64,000 nt of DNA from Spirochaetia bacterium (GCA_963675665.1 OY776510.1:1408001-1472000), one strand, 5' to 3'; shown: positions 48,888-60,104, counted from the first letter of the stretch. Numbers and translations: made by a program. The notes: generated by a model from the letters alone, not told the origin.

Positions 48888-49622
48888 TCAAAGAATATGC
48901 TGAAGGAAGGTTTTAGTCCTTTCTTCTTTTGGATTCTCAAACAATTCCGAAGGCGATCCGACTTCGATTATTTCACCCTCGTCCATAAAAACTACTCGAT
49001 CAGCAGCAGCTTTTGCAAAACCCATTTCATGAGAGACAACCATCATGGTCATTCCGTCCTTTGCAAGATCCAGCATTACATCAAGGACTTCCTTTATCAT
49101 CTCCGGGTCAAGCGCCGATGTCGGTTCGTCGAAAAGCATAACGCGCGGGTTCATTGCAAGCGCTCTTGCTATTGCAACCCTCTGCTGCTGTCCCCCCGAA
49201 AGCTGACCCGGATAGGAATTTTCCTTCTCGGCAAGTCCTACGCGGGCAAGAAGCTTCCGCGCTGTTTTTTCAGCTTCATCCTTTGATGTTTTTTTGACCG
49301 TCGTCAGTGCAAGCGTGATGTTTTTCATTGCTGTAAGGTGGCTGAACAGGTTGAAATTCTGAAAAACCATTCCGACTTCTTCGCGGATCTTGCGTATGTC
49401 GGAACCCGGTGCGGTTACGGAGTCGTCGTCGACATAAATTTCTCCGGATGACAGCGTTTCAAGTTTGTTTACGCACCTGAGCATAGTGCTTTTTCCGCTG
49501 CCGGAAGGCCCGATAATAAGAACTACCTCACCGGCTTTAATATTCAGACTTGCATTTTTTAAGGCTTGCACATCGCCGAAATTCTTGTATGCATTCTTAA
49601 TCTGTATTCTATGTTCTGCCAT
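48888..49622 (-). CDS. Polar amino acid ABC ATPase (GlnQ-like)
   Basis: [35 protein letters not shown]. Confidence 0.95.
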   Translation of the reverse strand: MAEHRIQIKNAYKNFGDVQALKNASLNIKAGEVVLIIGPSGSGKSTMLRCVNKLETLSSGEIYVDDDSVTAPGSDIRKIREEVGMVFQNFNLFSHLTAMKNITLALTTVKKTSKDEAEKTARKLLARVGLAEKENSYPGQLSGGQQQRVAIARALAMNPRVMLFDEPTSALDPEMIKEVLDVMLDLAKDGMTMMVVSHEMGFAKAAADRVVFMDEGEIIEVGSPSELFENPKEERTKTFLQHIL

Positions 49623-50400
49623 TTACCTTCAACCTTTTTTCCATATACGCTACTATTCTTGATAAAAACAACGTTATTACAAGATAAACAAGAGCAACAA
49701 TCGTGTAAGTTTCAAAGTACAGAAATGTTGTCGAGGCAAACTCCCTGCCGCGTCGCAGAAGGTCCGATACCGCCAGTATGGAAACAAGCGAAGAATCTTT
49801 CAGAAGGGCAATAAACTCATTGCCGACCGGGGGCAGAATAATTTTAAATGTCTGCGGGATAATTACTTTCCATATGGCCTGTGTCCTTGTCATTCCCAAA
49901 GCAAGTGCGGCTTCCATCTGTCCCTGTGGAACACCCTGAATGCCGGCCCTGAAAATCTCACCCATATATGCGCCGTAACAGAATGTCATTGCAATAATTG
50001 CCGATGTCATTCGGGGAAGCTGAACAAGTTTTCCCAGGGCATAGTAGATATAAAAGAGCTGCACAAGCAGCGGAATTCCGCGTACGACTTCTACGTATAT
50101 TGTTGCAATTCTGTTAATTATTTTAATTCGCGACAGTCTGCCGAGTCCCGCGAAAAGTCCGACAAAAAGGGCGAAAATAATTGAGAGAATTGTAACCTGG
50201 AATGTCGTTGCAATACCGTCGGGGATGAACATGAGTATGTCCCTGTACGGATTGGGAGATACTATCGGTAATATTATCAGGATAACAATGGCGCCGAAAA
50301 AAGAAATATTCCAGGCGGAGAATATGGAATTCTCCGCGCTGTCGGGGATTAGCGCCCCGTCCGTGACCTCGATACGTGTTTCTTTATTTATCTCAGCCAC
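49609..50400 (-). CDS. Polar amino acid ABC permease
   Basis: [36 protein letters not shown]. Confidence 0.95.
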   Translation of the reverse strand: MAEINKETRIEVTDGALIPDSAENSIFSAWNISFFGAIVILIILPIVSPNPYRDILMFIPDGIATTFQVTILSIIFALFVGLFAGLGRLSRIKIINRIATIYVEVVRGIPLLVQLFYIYYALGKLVQLPRMTSAIIAMTFCYGAYMGEIFRAGIQGVPQGQMEAALALGMTRTQAIWKVIIPQTFKIILPPVGNEFIALLKDSSLVSILAVSDLLRRGREFASTTFLYFETYTIVALVYLVITLFLSRIVAYMEKRLKVNGRT

Positions 50401-51140
50401 TTATTTTCCAGTTCTTTATCAATACCCTTATCCTGAACGGCTTTTACACCCTTGTTGATAAGATCAAGAACTTCCGAATTGCCTTTCTTTACAGCAATAC
50501 CATAGTACTCATCGGTGAACGAATCGCCCACGATCATCAGTTTGCCTTTGTATGTATCATTCTGAAGAACAAAGTCTGCAGCAATAGGAGTATCGGCTAC
50601 AACGCCTGCGATTCTTCCGTTTGCCAGGTCTTCAATGGCAAATCCGAGTTCGTCGTATGTCTTTAGAACTGCGCCTGAATTATCTATTTCGATTGCGCCT
50701 GTAGTTCCGATCTGGGCTCCTACTTCTTTTCCGTCAAGATCTGCCAGGGTTTTGGCGGAACTTGATGCGTCTACAATAAGAACCTGTCCGGCATTAATAT
50801 ATGGAATAGAAAAATCCATAGTATTTTTTCTTTCATCTGTGATTGTAACCGACGAGATTACAGCATCGTATTCTCCGTTAAGAAGGCCGGCAAAAATTCC
50901 GTCCCAGGCTGTGTTTCTTACTTCGACAGCAAAGCCTGCTTCTTCGGCAACTGCGTTGATAAAGTCGATATCATAGCCGACGATTTCCTTGTCCGAATTG
51001 ACGAACTCCATCGGAGGCCATGTACAGTCTGAAGCGATGACTATTTTCGAAGAATCAGCTTCTTTCTGGCCGCCTGCAAAAGCAGCGAATCCCTGTACCA
51101 TCATAAGCACAGTTAACAGGATAAGAAGAGTTTTTTTCAT
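50388..51140 (-). CDS. Basic amino acid ABC substrate-binding protein
   Basis: WPPMEF, GYDID, ITDER, AQIGTTG, EYYGIAV. Confidence 0.93.
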   Translation of the reverse strand: MKKTLLILLTVLMMVQGFAAFAGGQKEADSSKIVIASDCTWPPMEFVNSDKEIVGYDIDFINAVAEEAGFAVEVRNTAWDGIFAGLLNGEYDAVISSVTITDERKNTMDFSIPYINAGQVLIVDASSSAKTLADLDGKEVGAQIGTTGAIEIDNSGAVLKTYDELGFAIEDLANGRIAGVVADTPIAADFVLQNDTYKGKLMIVGDSFTDEYYGIAVKKGNSEVLDLINKGVKAVQDKGIDKELENKWLR

Positions 51141-51318
51141 GTCTTTCCCCTTTGTTATTGTGTATAGTTACATTCAGAATATCAGGAAATTTTAATAATG
51201 TCCAACAAGTTTAAGCCCGCCTTTGCAGCAGGGACTGTATATTTTACAGATTGCAGCCGGTTTAAAAACAATCGCTGCAGCTTGAATAAAGTATCCTTAT
51301 ACTGTATGACTATCCACA

Positions 51319-52254
51319 ATGGAGGCATTATTCTCTATCCTCACATTATTTATTTTTCTCGGTGCAGGATTGGCGGCGGCACAGTTCCGTCCCGTACGTG
51401 AAAATCCGCTGACCGAAAGATTTTCGTCATGGATTCTTTATGCCCTGCTTTTTTTCATGGGGTTCAGAATTGCCGCCGGCGCCGGAAGCGAACGTCTTGT
51501 GGAAATAGGGCGCCTCTCAATTGCCTTTGCACTTTCAACAGCAGCTGGAACGGTTGCCGTTCTTTACATAATATATTCTGCAGCGGGAGCTTCCGTCGAT
51601 CGTCCCGGTCAGTCCTGTACAAAAACATCACCGGGCGGCGGTCTTTCACATTTTGCAGCGCTCGGAGAACCCCTGAAACTTCTGTTAATAGTAGTTGCAG
51701 GTTTTTTCTGCGGATGGCTTATCAAAATTCCGGGATTTACCGGCGAAAAGATTTCCGGATGGATGCTCAGGTTTCTTTTATTTGCTATCGGAATAGATAT
51801 GATCAGGGGCGGTATAAACCTTAAAAATACGCTGGCACATCCGGAAACTCTGTATCTTCCTGCGGGAGTCATTGCAGGATCGCTGCTTGGAGGTCTGATT
51901 CCGGCGGTAATATTCGGTATTGAACCGGGGAAAGCCCTTGCAGTCGCTTCCGGTTTCGGATGGTATTCGCTGTCGGGCGTGCTGATAGCCGATATGGGAG
52001 ATCCCGTTCTCGGCTCTGCGGCATTTATGTCCAATATACTGCGTGAAACAATCGCCCTTCTTTCAATACCGTTGATTAGCAGAACACGTTTTCCGCATAT
52101 AGGCATAGGCGTGGCAGGCGCTACTTCAATGGATGTAAGCCTGCCCCTTGTTGAGAAATGCTGCGGTCCTGAATCAGTTCCGGTTTCGGTTGCAAACGGA
52201 GCTTTACTTTCACTGCTTGTGCCGGTTTTAGTGCCCCTGTTCTTTCAGCTTTAA
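51319..52254 (+). CDS. LysO (DUF340) lysine exporter family protein
   Basis: GFGWYSLSG, SNILRE, GATSMDVSLP. Confidence 0.9.
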   Translation: MEALFSILTLFIFLGAGLAAAQFRPVRENPLTERFSSWILYALLFFMGFRIAAGAGSERLVEIGRLSIAFALSTAAGTVAVLYIIYSAAGASVDRPGQSCTKTSPGGGLSHFAALGEPLKLLLIVVAGFFCGWLIKIPGFTGEKISGWMLRFLLFAIGIDMIRGGINLKNTLAHPETLYLPAGVIAGSLLGGLIPAVIFGIEPGKALAVASGFGWYSLSGVLIADMGDPVLGSAAFMSNILRETIALLSIPLISRTRFPHIGIGVAGATSMDVSLPLVEKCCGPESVPVSVANGALLSLLVPVLVPLFFQL

Positions 52255-52273
52255 TCTGGACGGGTCCTGATAT

Positions 52274-53779
52274 TTAAACATCGCAGATTCTTATTGTTTC
52301 CAGGCTTTTATCGCTGATACCATGAAGGTGGCGGCCTTCTTTTTTTACCTGATCAAGATAAGAGCAGATTTCCTCTGTAATAATTTCTCCCGGGTAAACA
52401 ACCGGAATCCCCGGTGGATAGGGGGCTGCCGGTTCAGCTGCAATCTTTCCGGTCATTTCCTCCCATCGAATACAGCGGGTTTCGGAATAATATGCCTGCC
52501 TGGGTGTTAATGCCATTTCCGGAATCTCCGGCAACCTGCCTGTTGCTTCGGTTCCGGTTGCTTTAGCCGGCATCGACGATGGCAAGCGGGAGATCGGAAG
52601 GATTTTGGAGATTTTTTCAAGCGCATCAATGAAAATCTTTGCTTCATCGTCGGTATTTCCGTAGCTCAGAAGCAGCAGAATATTGCGTGAATCGGCCATC
52701 TCGATGTCGATGCCGAATTTCCCCCAAAGCAGGTCTTTTAATTCATAGCCTGAAATGCCTGCATTATCGCAGTTGATAACCAGGCGCGTAGGGTCCGCAT
52801 CAAAGGCCCGGCAGTTTTTAAGTGTTTCCCTGTCCGGGCACCTGAATCCGGGGATATCGTTGGTTTTTATTCTTATTTTCCCGGCAAGTTCAATTGTACG
52901 GTTCAAGTATTCCTCACCATGCAGTTGCAGATCGTTTCGGGCCAGTTCAAGAGAGGTCAACAGAATATAAGACGGGCTTGTGCTCATTGTCATTCGCAGC
53001 GCAGAATCAATCCTGTGAACGTTTATTCTGCCGCTTTGAACTGCTCTGCGGCCAAGATGAAGCAGTGAACTTTGGGTCAGGGCCCCGGCTGTCTTGTGCA
53101 GCGACTGGGCGCATGCATCCGCTCCGAGGCTTAAAGCTCCGGCCGGAAGGTTTCTGCAGAAGTACAGGTGTGCGCCGTGTGCTTCATCGACAAGAAGCGG
53201 TATATCATAACCGTGGGCCGATACGGACAGGCTTTCAATATCGCTGCAGATGCCGTGATATGTCGGGCTGACGGCGAAAACGGCCTTGCTGTCGGGGTGT
53301 TTCTGAAGTTTCCGTTTTACGGTTTCGGAGTCCAGTTTTCCCATAATTCCGAACTCTTCGATGTAATCAACCGGCATGTATACCGGTCTGGCGCCGCTGA
53401 TTATCAATCCGGCCATAACCGATTTATGAACATTACGCGGAACAAGAATTTTATCCGGACGGCCGTTACAACCTTCCCCTGCTGCAGCCATAATCATCGA
53501 CTGGTTGCCGCATGTTGTTCCGTTGACCAGGTAGAAACTCTTTTCTGCTCCGAAAGCTTCTGCGGTATAGCGCTGGCTGTCGGCAATAACATTTTCAGGA
53601 TTATGAAGATCATCGGCTGCAGGGGTTTCGGTAACGTCTATTTTAAAGATTTTGCTGCCCGCAAAGTCTGTGAAGGGCGCCGGTATCCCCCTTTCAAAAC
53701 GGTGCCCCGGAATGCGGAAATATCCGTTGGTTCGTTCCGAGTACTCTTTCAGTGAATCAAATAATGGGGTTTGCGACAT
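52274..53779 (-). CDS. Orn/Lys/Arg PLP-dependent decarboxylase
   Basis: IPGH, LVNGTT, RNVHKS, VDEAHGAH, QSLHKT, STSPSY, PYPPGIP. Confidence 0.93.
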   Translation of the reverse strand: MSQTPLFDSLKEYSERTNGYFRIPGHRFERGIPAPFTDFAGSKIFKIDVTETPAADDLHNPENVIADSQRYTAEAFGAEKSFYLVNGTTCGNQSMIMAAAGEGCNGRPDKILVPRNVHKSVMAGLIISGARPVYMPVDYIEEFGIMGKLDSETVKRKLQKHPDSKAVFAVSPTYHGICSDIESLSVSAHGYDIPLLVDEAHGAHLYFCRNLPAGALSLGADACAQSLHKTAGALTQSSLLHLGRRAVQSGRINVHRIDSALRMTMSTSPSYILLTSLELARNDLQLHGEEYLNRTIELAGKIRIKTNDIPGFRCPDRETLKNCRAFDADPTRLVINCDNAGISGYELKDLLWGKFGIDIEMADSRNILLLLSYGNTDDEAKIFIDALEKISKILPISRLPSSMPAKATGTEATGRLPEIPEMALTPRQAYYSETRCIRWEEMTGKIAAEPAAPYPPGIPVVYPGEIITEEICSYLDQVKKEGRHLHGISDKSLETIRICDV

Positions 53780-53822
53780 CGGTTACAGTATACAGTCAAT
53801 ACGGGGCAACAACAACTGCTCC

Positions 53823-54737
53823 TCAATTCCCGGCGGCTTTCTGGCTCATAATAACCCCGATAATTACCCCGGCGGCCGCCAGAAGCTGGATTCCGGTGAG
53901 CGCTTCTCCCAATACAAGCCATCCTGTTATTATTGCAACAACCGGAACAAGGTTGATAAAAGATGCGGCCATAGTGGCATGCAGCCTGCTGATTCCCCAA
54001 TTGTACAGGCTGAATGCTCCGAGCGAAACGAAGATGCCGAGAAAAAGCAGGCTTAAAATTATCTGCGGCGTCCAGATTGAAGCGTCAACTGTGAAAAGTC
54101 GGAAAAGTCCCGGCAGAAAGAATATAAAACCCGCAATTATTTGCAATGCCGTAAGCGTCCATGGGCTGTATCGGCCGCAGAGTTTTTTTACCATCAGGAA
54201 GTTGGCCGCTGCGCAAACCATGGCAAACATTTCCATGATATTACCCAGAACAGGGTTTGCTGCATCGCTGCTGTTGCCCTGGCTCAGCGTCAGAAATATT
54301 ACTCCTGCTATTGATATGCAAATGCCGGTAACCGTAAGACGGCTGATTTGTTCTTTCATGAAAATCCAGGCCCCGACGGCAGTCAGTACAGGGACAGAAG
54401 CCGAGATGACCCCGGCCTGGGTCGAGGTAGTCAGCAGCAATGCGTTTGTTTCCAGCAAAAAATACAGGCAGGGTTGAAAAAGCACCATCGGCAGCAGAAG
54501 TTTCCAGTCGCCCGGCAGGTAGTTTTCCGGTTTCAGCTTTCGGACAAAAGGCAGAATAACAGCAAGCGCAGCGGCCATCCGGCACCACATCGCAGACATC
54601 GGATTCAGGCTGCGCAGCACAATCCGCATCCCTACAAACGAGACGCCCCACAGGATTACCGCTGCAATCAGAGCCGCAAAAGGAAGTATTACCATAAGCC
54701 TGTTTTTGATTGCTGTATCTTCAGGTGTTTTATTCAT
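53823..54737 (-). CDS. EamA/DMT family transporter
   Basis: ILWGVSF, duplicated hydrophobic halves, FINLVPV, LGE. Confidence 0.92.
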   Translation of the reverse strand: MNKTPEDTAIKNRLMVILPFAALIAAVILWGVSFVGMRIVLRSLNPMSAMWCRMAAALAVILPFVRKLKPENYLPGDWKLLLPMVLFQPCLYFLLETNALLLTTSTQAGVISASVPVLTAVGAWIFMKEQISRLTVTGICISIAGVIFLTLSQGNSSDAANPVLGNIMEMFAMVCAAANFLMVKKLCGRYSPWTLTALQIIAGFIFFLPGLFRLFTVDASIWTPQIILSLLFLGIFVSLGAFSLYNWGISRLHATMAASFINLVPVVAIITGWLVLGEALTGIQLLAAAGVIIGVIMSQKAAGN

Positions 54738-54788
54738 AATCCGTATTTTAATTGAAACAAAAAAAGATGTATTGCAAAAAATTGCTGT

Positions 54789-55610
54789 TCAGCAGGCAAA
54801 ATACTGATTCGGTGTGGCGCCGGTATAATTTTTAAACTGGTTTGAGAAATGGCTCTGGTCGGTAAAGCCTGTTTCGAGGGCTATTTCGGAAAAAGGCATA
54901 CCGCTGAGAATATGTTTTTTGGCCGCTTCAATCCTTTTCTGGGTCCGGTAAACATGCGGTGATATTCCGGTATAATGTTTGAACGAACGCAGGAAGTGAT
55001 ATTTACTCAATCCCGCTTCGGCTGCGGCCTCTTCAAGACTGATTTTATCATTCAGATTGGCCGACAGGCAGGCTGCCGCCCTTCCCATAGCCGGATTGGA
55101 AATAATCATATTGGACGAAACAGTTTTGTCTGTTCCGTATTCGGTAATCAACATTCCGATAAATGAAGTCAGCGCCGAATCAGTTTCAAGCATGCTGGAA
55201 TTAGTGTTTACACATTCGTAAAGAATTTTAAAAAGCAGGGCAAGTTTTGAATTATTCATCACAATCTTTTCGAATTCGGGTGTAGCGCCGTTCTTTTCAA
55301 GAATATCCGATGCCGTTTCGTTGACAACGGTGGATTCGATATAAATCATCCTGTATGTGGCTGTTTCTCCGGCAGGAGCACCTGAATGAACCAGTCCGGG
55401 CGGAATTACCGCCGTATTTCCCGGGCATACAAGCGATTCATCATCATTTTTTCCGTTCCACAGGCTGCCGCCGTCCTCCATTAAGCTGAAAGCATATAAA
55501 TGGTCATGTGAATGATTGGGAAACTGGTGACGGCTTCGGTAAACTTCACATATTTCAATGCCGGGGATGCATGGAGAACGGTAAAACCGGGTACAGTTGA
55601 CGGAATTCAT
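54789..55610 (-). CDS. AraC family transcriptional regulator
   Basis: FPNHSHD cupin, GLSKYHFLRSFK, GFTDQSHF, GATP. Confidence 0.95.
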   Translation of the reverse strand: MNSVNCTRFYRSPCIPGIEICEVYRSRHQFPNHSHDHLYAFSLMEDGGSLWNGKNDDESLVCPGNTAVIPPGLVHSGAPAGETATYRMIYIESTVVNETASDILEKNGATPEFEKIVMNNSKLALLFKILYECVNTNSSMLETDSALTSFIGMLITEYGTDKTVSSNMIISNPAMGRAAACLSANLNDKISLEEAAAEAGLSKYHFLRSFKHYTGISPHVYRTQKRIEAAKKHILSGMPFSEIALETGFTDQSHFSNQFKNYTGATPNQYFAC

Positions 55611-55912
55611 AACAAAATTATCATATGCACCAGTTGTAACTGAGTCAAGTTATTAGGATCGGAAGCCTAAGAAATTCGATTGGAAAACCGGGATTTCTAC
55701 CCTGATCGGCAGTTTGACAGCTTGACCTTTTAGATTAAATCAGGCAAATTCTCGGAGACTTCAATTCAAGCAAGTAGACATAATAAGTGAATATATATAT
55801 GAAGTACTTTGCCGCAATTTAGTGAGAAAACAATTGGTTTTTGCGGGGATTGCTTCGAAGACCCGGTCCCGGAAACAATGGAGGATCAGGTCTGTAACAA
55901 AAGGAGACAGTT

Positions 55913-56713
55913 TTGAACAGCTCATTTCCAAGGCAGCTGAGTATCTCGGCAGCTGCATTGGTATTATTCCTGCTTCCGCTTCTTTATGCGGGAGATCATA
56001 ATGCTCAGTTGTCTGAAGACAACATAGACAGAACCGGGATATCGGTAAATGCAGGGGATTTTACATTCAGTAAAACAGTTTCCGGGCTTGATCTGTATTC
56101 GCCCGAAGATTTTGCAAAGTATATAGTTGTATCCGAATCCGAAGACATCGGTCTGGCCCTGTATGATGATCCTGCTTACAGGGATCTGATAATCCGTTAT
56201 TATGAAGCAATCACAGGATCTTACGATATTGCAGATACGGCGCTGAGGTATGCCAAAGCCAACGGGATTTCCTTCACCCTTGCAGTTGCGCTTATGTGGG
56301 CCGAGAGCAGTTTTGATCCTGAAGCATACAATAAAAATGCGGTAAGCATTGACCGGGGGCTTTATCAGCTCAATTCGGAATCTTTTCCCGAAATGTCGCG
56401 TGAACAGTTCTATAATATCGAAACAAATATCAGCACAGGCCTTTCTTATCTCAGGTATTGTATAGATCTGGGAGGAAGCGAAATTGTTGCTCTTGCAATT
56501 TATAATGCCGGGCACGGACGGGTCAGCGGGGCCGGCGCCCCTCTTATTACGCTCGAATATATATCCAGGATAATGGATTACAAATCCGAACTGGAACGTG
56601 ATTTTGAAAGATACATTTCGCAGAACGGAAAGATAAGGGCTGATAAAAAATCGGAAAAGAACCTGATACCTGTAAAAAAAATCAACTCCAAAATCGATAT
56701 GATAAAGGATTGA
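55913..56713 (+). CDS. Lytic transglycosylase (SLT domain)
   Basis: WAESSF, DRGLYQLN, ALAIYNAGHGRV; AAGGAG RBS before TTG. Confidence 0.88.
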   Translation: MNSSFPRQLSISAAALVLFLLPLLYAGDHNAQLSEDNIDRTGISVNAGDFTFSKTVSGLDLYSPEDFAKYIVVSESEDIGLALYDDPAYRDLIIRYYEAITGSYDIADTALRYAKANGISFTLAVALMWAESSFDPEAYNKNAVSIDRGLYQLNSESFPEMSREQFYNIETNISTGLSYLRYCIDLGGSEIVALAIYNAGHGRVSGAGAPLITLEYISRIMDYKSELERDFERYISQNGKIRADKKSEKNLIPVKKINSKIDMIKD

Positions 56714-56786
56714 AAGAAGCTCATTAACTTTTAAATTATCGGAGACAGTGGTTGACACCGGTTAATCTCTCAAATAGAGTTCAATT

Positions 56787-58697
56787 ATGATAATAATACT
56801 TAACAGAGACATAAAAAAAGAACATAAGGCAAATATAACCACATGGCTTGAAGACCGCGGGTATAAGGTAAAAGAGATTGTCGGTGAAGAGGAGACGGTC
56901 CTCGGAGCAGTAGGAGCAATTTCTGTTGATCCGCGCAGTGTTGAACTTCTGGAAGGTGTTAAATCGGTAATTCCCATTTCCAAGCCTTACAAGCTTGCTT
57001 CACGCGAGTTGAAGAATGAAGACACCGTTATAACCGTCGGCCATGTTAAAATCGGCGGCCCCCGGGTGGCTGTATTTGCCGGTCCGTGTGCTGTTGAGTC
57101 TGAAGAACAGATAATGGAATCTGCAAAGGTTGTTAACGAAGCAGGAGCGGTAATTCTTCGGGGCGGAGCGTTCAAGCCGAGGACTTCTCCATATGCGTTT
57201 CAGGGGCACGGTGAAAAAGGCCTGCAGTGGCTGAAAGCTGCCGGAGAAAAGTATGATATGCCGATTGTCACCGAGATTGTTTCCCCTTCACATATTGATA
57301 TAATGCGCGATTATGTTGATATTTATCAAATCGGCGCGCGCAACATGCAGAATTTCGAACTGCTTAAGGCCGTCGGAGAGCTTGGGCGCCCGGTTGTGCT
57401 TAAACGGGGAATGTCCGCCAAAATAGAAGAATGGCTGATGGCTGCCGAATATCTGCTTGCGCACGGTACTGATGATGTTATTCTGTGTGAACGAGGCATC
57501 AGAACTTTTGAAAGCTATACACGTAATACCCTTGATATCTCCGCCATACCCATAATTAAAAAGCTGAGTCATCTGCCGATTATTACCGATCCCAGCCACG
57601 GGACCGGGCTTCGCGGAAAGGTTCTGCCGATGGCGCTTGCCGCCGTCGCCGCCGGAACAGACGGACTCATGATAGAAGTGCATCCGCACCCCGAGAGCGC
57701 GTTGTCGGACGGGCCCCAGTCGCTTTATCCGGCGCAGTTTGACAAGCTGATGAAAGATATTGAAGCGCTGTCGCCGGTCATCAGCAAGGAGATTGAACGC
57801 CCGGTTCAAAAAGGGTTTGCCGTACACAAACTGGCATCATCCGAAGTGCCGGTATCAGGTGCCGACAGTGGACTTCGTATTGCGTATCAGGGAGAGCCGG
57901 GAGCCTATAGTGAAAATGCAGCATCACGCTATTTCGGTGAAGAACTGCTTGAATTTGTGCCTTCGAAAAGCTTTGAGGCAGTTTTTAAAACAGTGCTTGC
58001 CGGAAATGCGAATTACGGCGTAATTCCGGTTGAGAATGCTCTTACCGGTTCTATCCATGAGTGTTTTGATCTTTTTCTGCGATATCCTGATATCAAGATA
58101 GTCGGTGAAAAGCAGATCAGAATCAGGCATAACCTGATTGGACTTCCGGGAACTGATATCAGCAGTATAAAGAAGGTCTATTCTCATCCGCAGGGCCTTA
58201 TGCAGTGTTCGAGGTTTCTTGACGGTTTGACGGCCGAACAGGTTCCGTATTACGACACAGCCGGATCGGTTGCATTTGTAGCGCAGCAGAAGTCTTCAGA
58301 GCTTGCTGCAGTTGCCGGTGCAGGAGCTGCCGCTTATTACGGGCTGGAAATTTTAAAAGAAGGAATAGAAACCAATCCTTCCAATTATACCCGGTTTTTC
58401 ATAATTGCCCGGAGTGAACATCCTTCACCGAAAAATGTAGACAAAGCAACAATAGTATTTTCAGTGCCTGATAAAAAAGGAAGTCTGGTCAGAGTTTTGC
58501 AGGAGATAGATTCAAGCGGCTTGAATATGAAAAAGCTTGAATCGCGTCCAATCGAGGGCAAACCCTGGGAATATATGTTTTATTCTGATGTTGAACTTCT
58601 GAACGGACTTGATGATTTTCTGAAAAACGCAGCGGGTAAAATCAAAGCCGCATCTGAAGACTACAGGCTGCTTGGAATTTACAAGGCTGGGATCTGA
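56787..58697 (+). CDS. aroF: Fused type I-beta DAHP synthase / prephenate dehydratase
   Basis: [40 protein letters not shown]; C-half [30 protein letters not shown]. Confidence 0.9.
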   Translation: MIIILNRDIKKEHKANITTWLEDRGYKVKEIVGEEETVLGAVGAISVDPRSVELLEGVKSVIPISKPYKLASRELKNEDTVITVGHVKIGGPRVAVFAGPCAVESEEQIMESAKVVNEAGAVILRGGAFKPRTSPYAFQGHGEKGLQWLKAAGEKYDMPIVTEIVSPSHIDIMRDYVDIYQIGARNMQNFELLKAVGELGRPVVLKRGMSAKIEEWLMAAEYLLAHGTDDVILCERGIRTFESYTRNTLDISAIPIIKKLSHLPIITDPSHGTGLRGKVLPMALAAVAAGTDGLMIEVHPHPESALSDGPQSLYPAQFDKLMKDIEALSPVISKEIERPVQKGFAVHKLASSEVPVSGADSGLRIAYQGEPGAYSENAASRYFGEELLEFVPSKSFEAVFKTVLAGNANYGVIPVENALTGSIHECFDLFLRYPDIKIVGEKQIRIRHNLIGLPGTDISSIKKVYSHPQGLMQCSRFLDGLTAEQVPYYDTAGSVAFVAQQKSSELAAVAGAGAAAYYGLEILKEGIETNPSNYTRFFIIARSEHPSPKNVDKATIVFSVPDKKGSLVRVLQEIDSSGLNMKKLESRPIEGKPWEYMFYSDVELLNGLDDFLKNAAGKIKAASEDYRLLGIYKAGI

Positions 58698-58700
58698 GCC

Positions 58701-60104
58701 TTATTTTTCGGATTTCAATCGTTCCAGATATTCCATTTTGAAGTTATTCGCTTTAAACATGCTGCTTTGAATGTCGTTCATGTCAAGTTTGAACCCCTGC
58801 ATGGAGCCCCGCATTGCATTTGTTGCCGCATCTTTCATATGAAGATCAAGAGCCGTAAGTTTGGACTGGTATAAAAAAAGTTCCTTAATATGTTTCGACA
58901 GCTTTTTCTCCAGTTCTTCGGGAGTCAGGTGCAGCAGTTTCATATAATTCCTGTTTGTTTTGTTTCCGTACGACAGAAGCAGCTGACCGTTTGCTTTAAG
59001 TTCTTCGACAAGCTTGCCGAGATTGATTTTTGTCCTGTTACCTGTTTCGTTTTCGGTATTAAACAGCACAACCGAATAAATCCGGTCGCTCTTTTTGTCT
59101 TTTCGGCCGAACAGAAAGCTGAAAAACCTCTGAAGCGCTGATCGGCTTTCTTTGTCTATAACATCCGAATTATGCATCAGTTTTCCCGATATGCTCATTA
59201 AAGCGTTTCCCGCAGGTACAAGGTTTCTGATCCCTTTCAGGAGAATTTCCAGAGCGGAATCTCCGTTTTCCTGTTTTTCCTCCGTATCAGGTTCGGAAAT
59301 GACTGTATTATGACTGATTAGGGACGTAAGGGCTTCCTTGCGTGGGGGATCCTTATCCTCCGAGAAGTCTTCAATGATTATCTCTTTTATAAAATCAGAA
59401 TAAAAGGGCTGTTCTCCCATTTCGTCTTTATAGAGTTTCTTTATTACCAGTACCGATTCATCCAGTCTGTTCCCGGAAATATCAGATACAGGAACCGGTA
59501 AATCAAGAACCCGGGTTCTGACCTCGTTTTTATAAAATTCTTTTCTGTAAATGTAGATGTCCTTCAGACAGCATTTTATCAGATAGCCCTGTTCTGCAAG
59601 CTGTTTTCTGCTGTCTCTGAAAATACCTTTGACAAGGTTGTCATCGCCATTCATTATTGATTTTTCAATCCCGGCAAGTACCTTTTCGTTCGGAGATTCG
59701 GAAGTCGGGGAAAGTCTGCCCCAATTTATATAATTGAAAATATTGTTCAGTTCGGTTATCCGGGTTATGCTGAGCGAATCAAGCGAAATTTCGTAATTGT
59801 TCTCTACAAAGCTTAGCTGTCGCAGGTATTCGGAAAGCCTGAAACTTATTTCGTCAGTTTGAACTTTCTTTGATATAGGTTCTTCAGACGGCAGTTTTAA
59901 ATCATGGATTATTGCGCTGCTGCTGTAGGGGTCTTTTACAAGAATTCGGGAATTGATCAGCGCCGACAGCAGCGATTCAAGTAGCTGCCGGTATTCAGAT
60001 ACGGAATCAGTCAGTATCTGAATTACTTCACGGTTAATGAAAGTCTGTTTTTCGAGGAGAGCCGCCTGGAGCTTTTCAGCATAAGCCCTGCTTGAATCTT
60101 CCAT
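58701..60104 (-). CDS. Hypothetical helical protein (spirochete-type)
   Basis: Long ORF with a DPY motif; start uncertain. Confidence 0.7.
   Translation of the reverse strand: MEDSSRAYAEKLQAALLEKQTFINREVIQILTDSVSEYRQLLESLLSALINSRILVKDPYSSSAIIHDLKLPSEEPISKKVQTDEISFRLSEYLRQLSFVENNYEISLDSLSITRITELNNIFNYINWGRLSPTSESPNEKVLAGIEKSIMNGDDNLVKGIFRDSRKQLAEQGYLIKCCLKDIYIYRKEFYKNEVRTRVLDLPVPVSDISGNRLDESVLVIKKLYKDEMGEQPFYSDFIKEIIIEDFSEDKDPPRKEALTSLISHNTVISEPDTEEKQENGDSALEILLKGIRNLVPAGNALMSISGKLMHNSDVIDKESRSALQRFFSFLFGRKDKKSDRIYSVVLFNTENETGNRTKINLGKLVEELKANGQLLLSYGNKTNRNYMKLLHLTPEELEKKLSKHIKELFLYQSKLTALDLHMKDAATNAMRGSMQGFKLDMNDIQSSMFKANNFKMEYLERLKSEK

Noticed and set aside
51158-51178. ARG-box-like sequence upstream of the amino acid ABC operon
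   Set aside because: Half-site spacing is 2 bp longer than an ARG box and there is only one copy.
53752-54477. 241-aa + strand ORF
   Set aside because: Antisense shadow of the EamA transporter gene.
55964-56758. 264-aa - strand ORF
   Set aside because: Antisense to the SLT gene, which has clear catalytic motifs.
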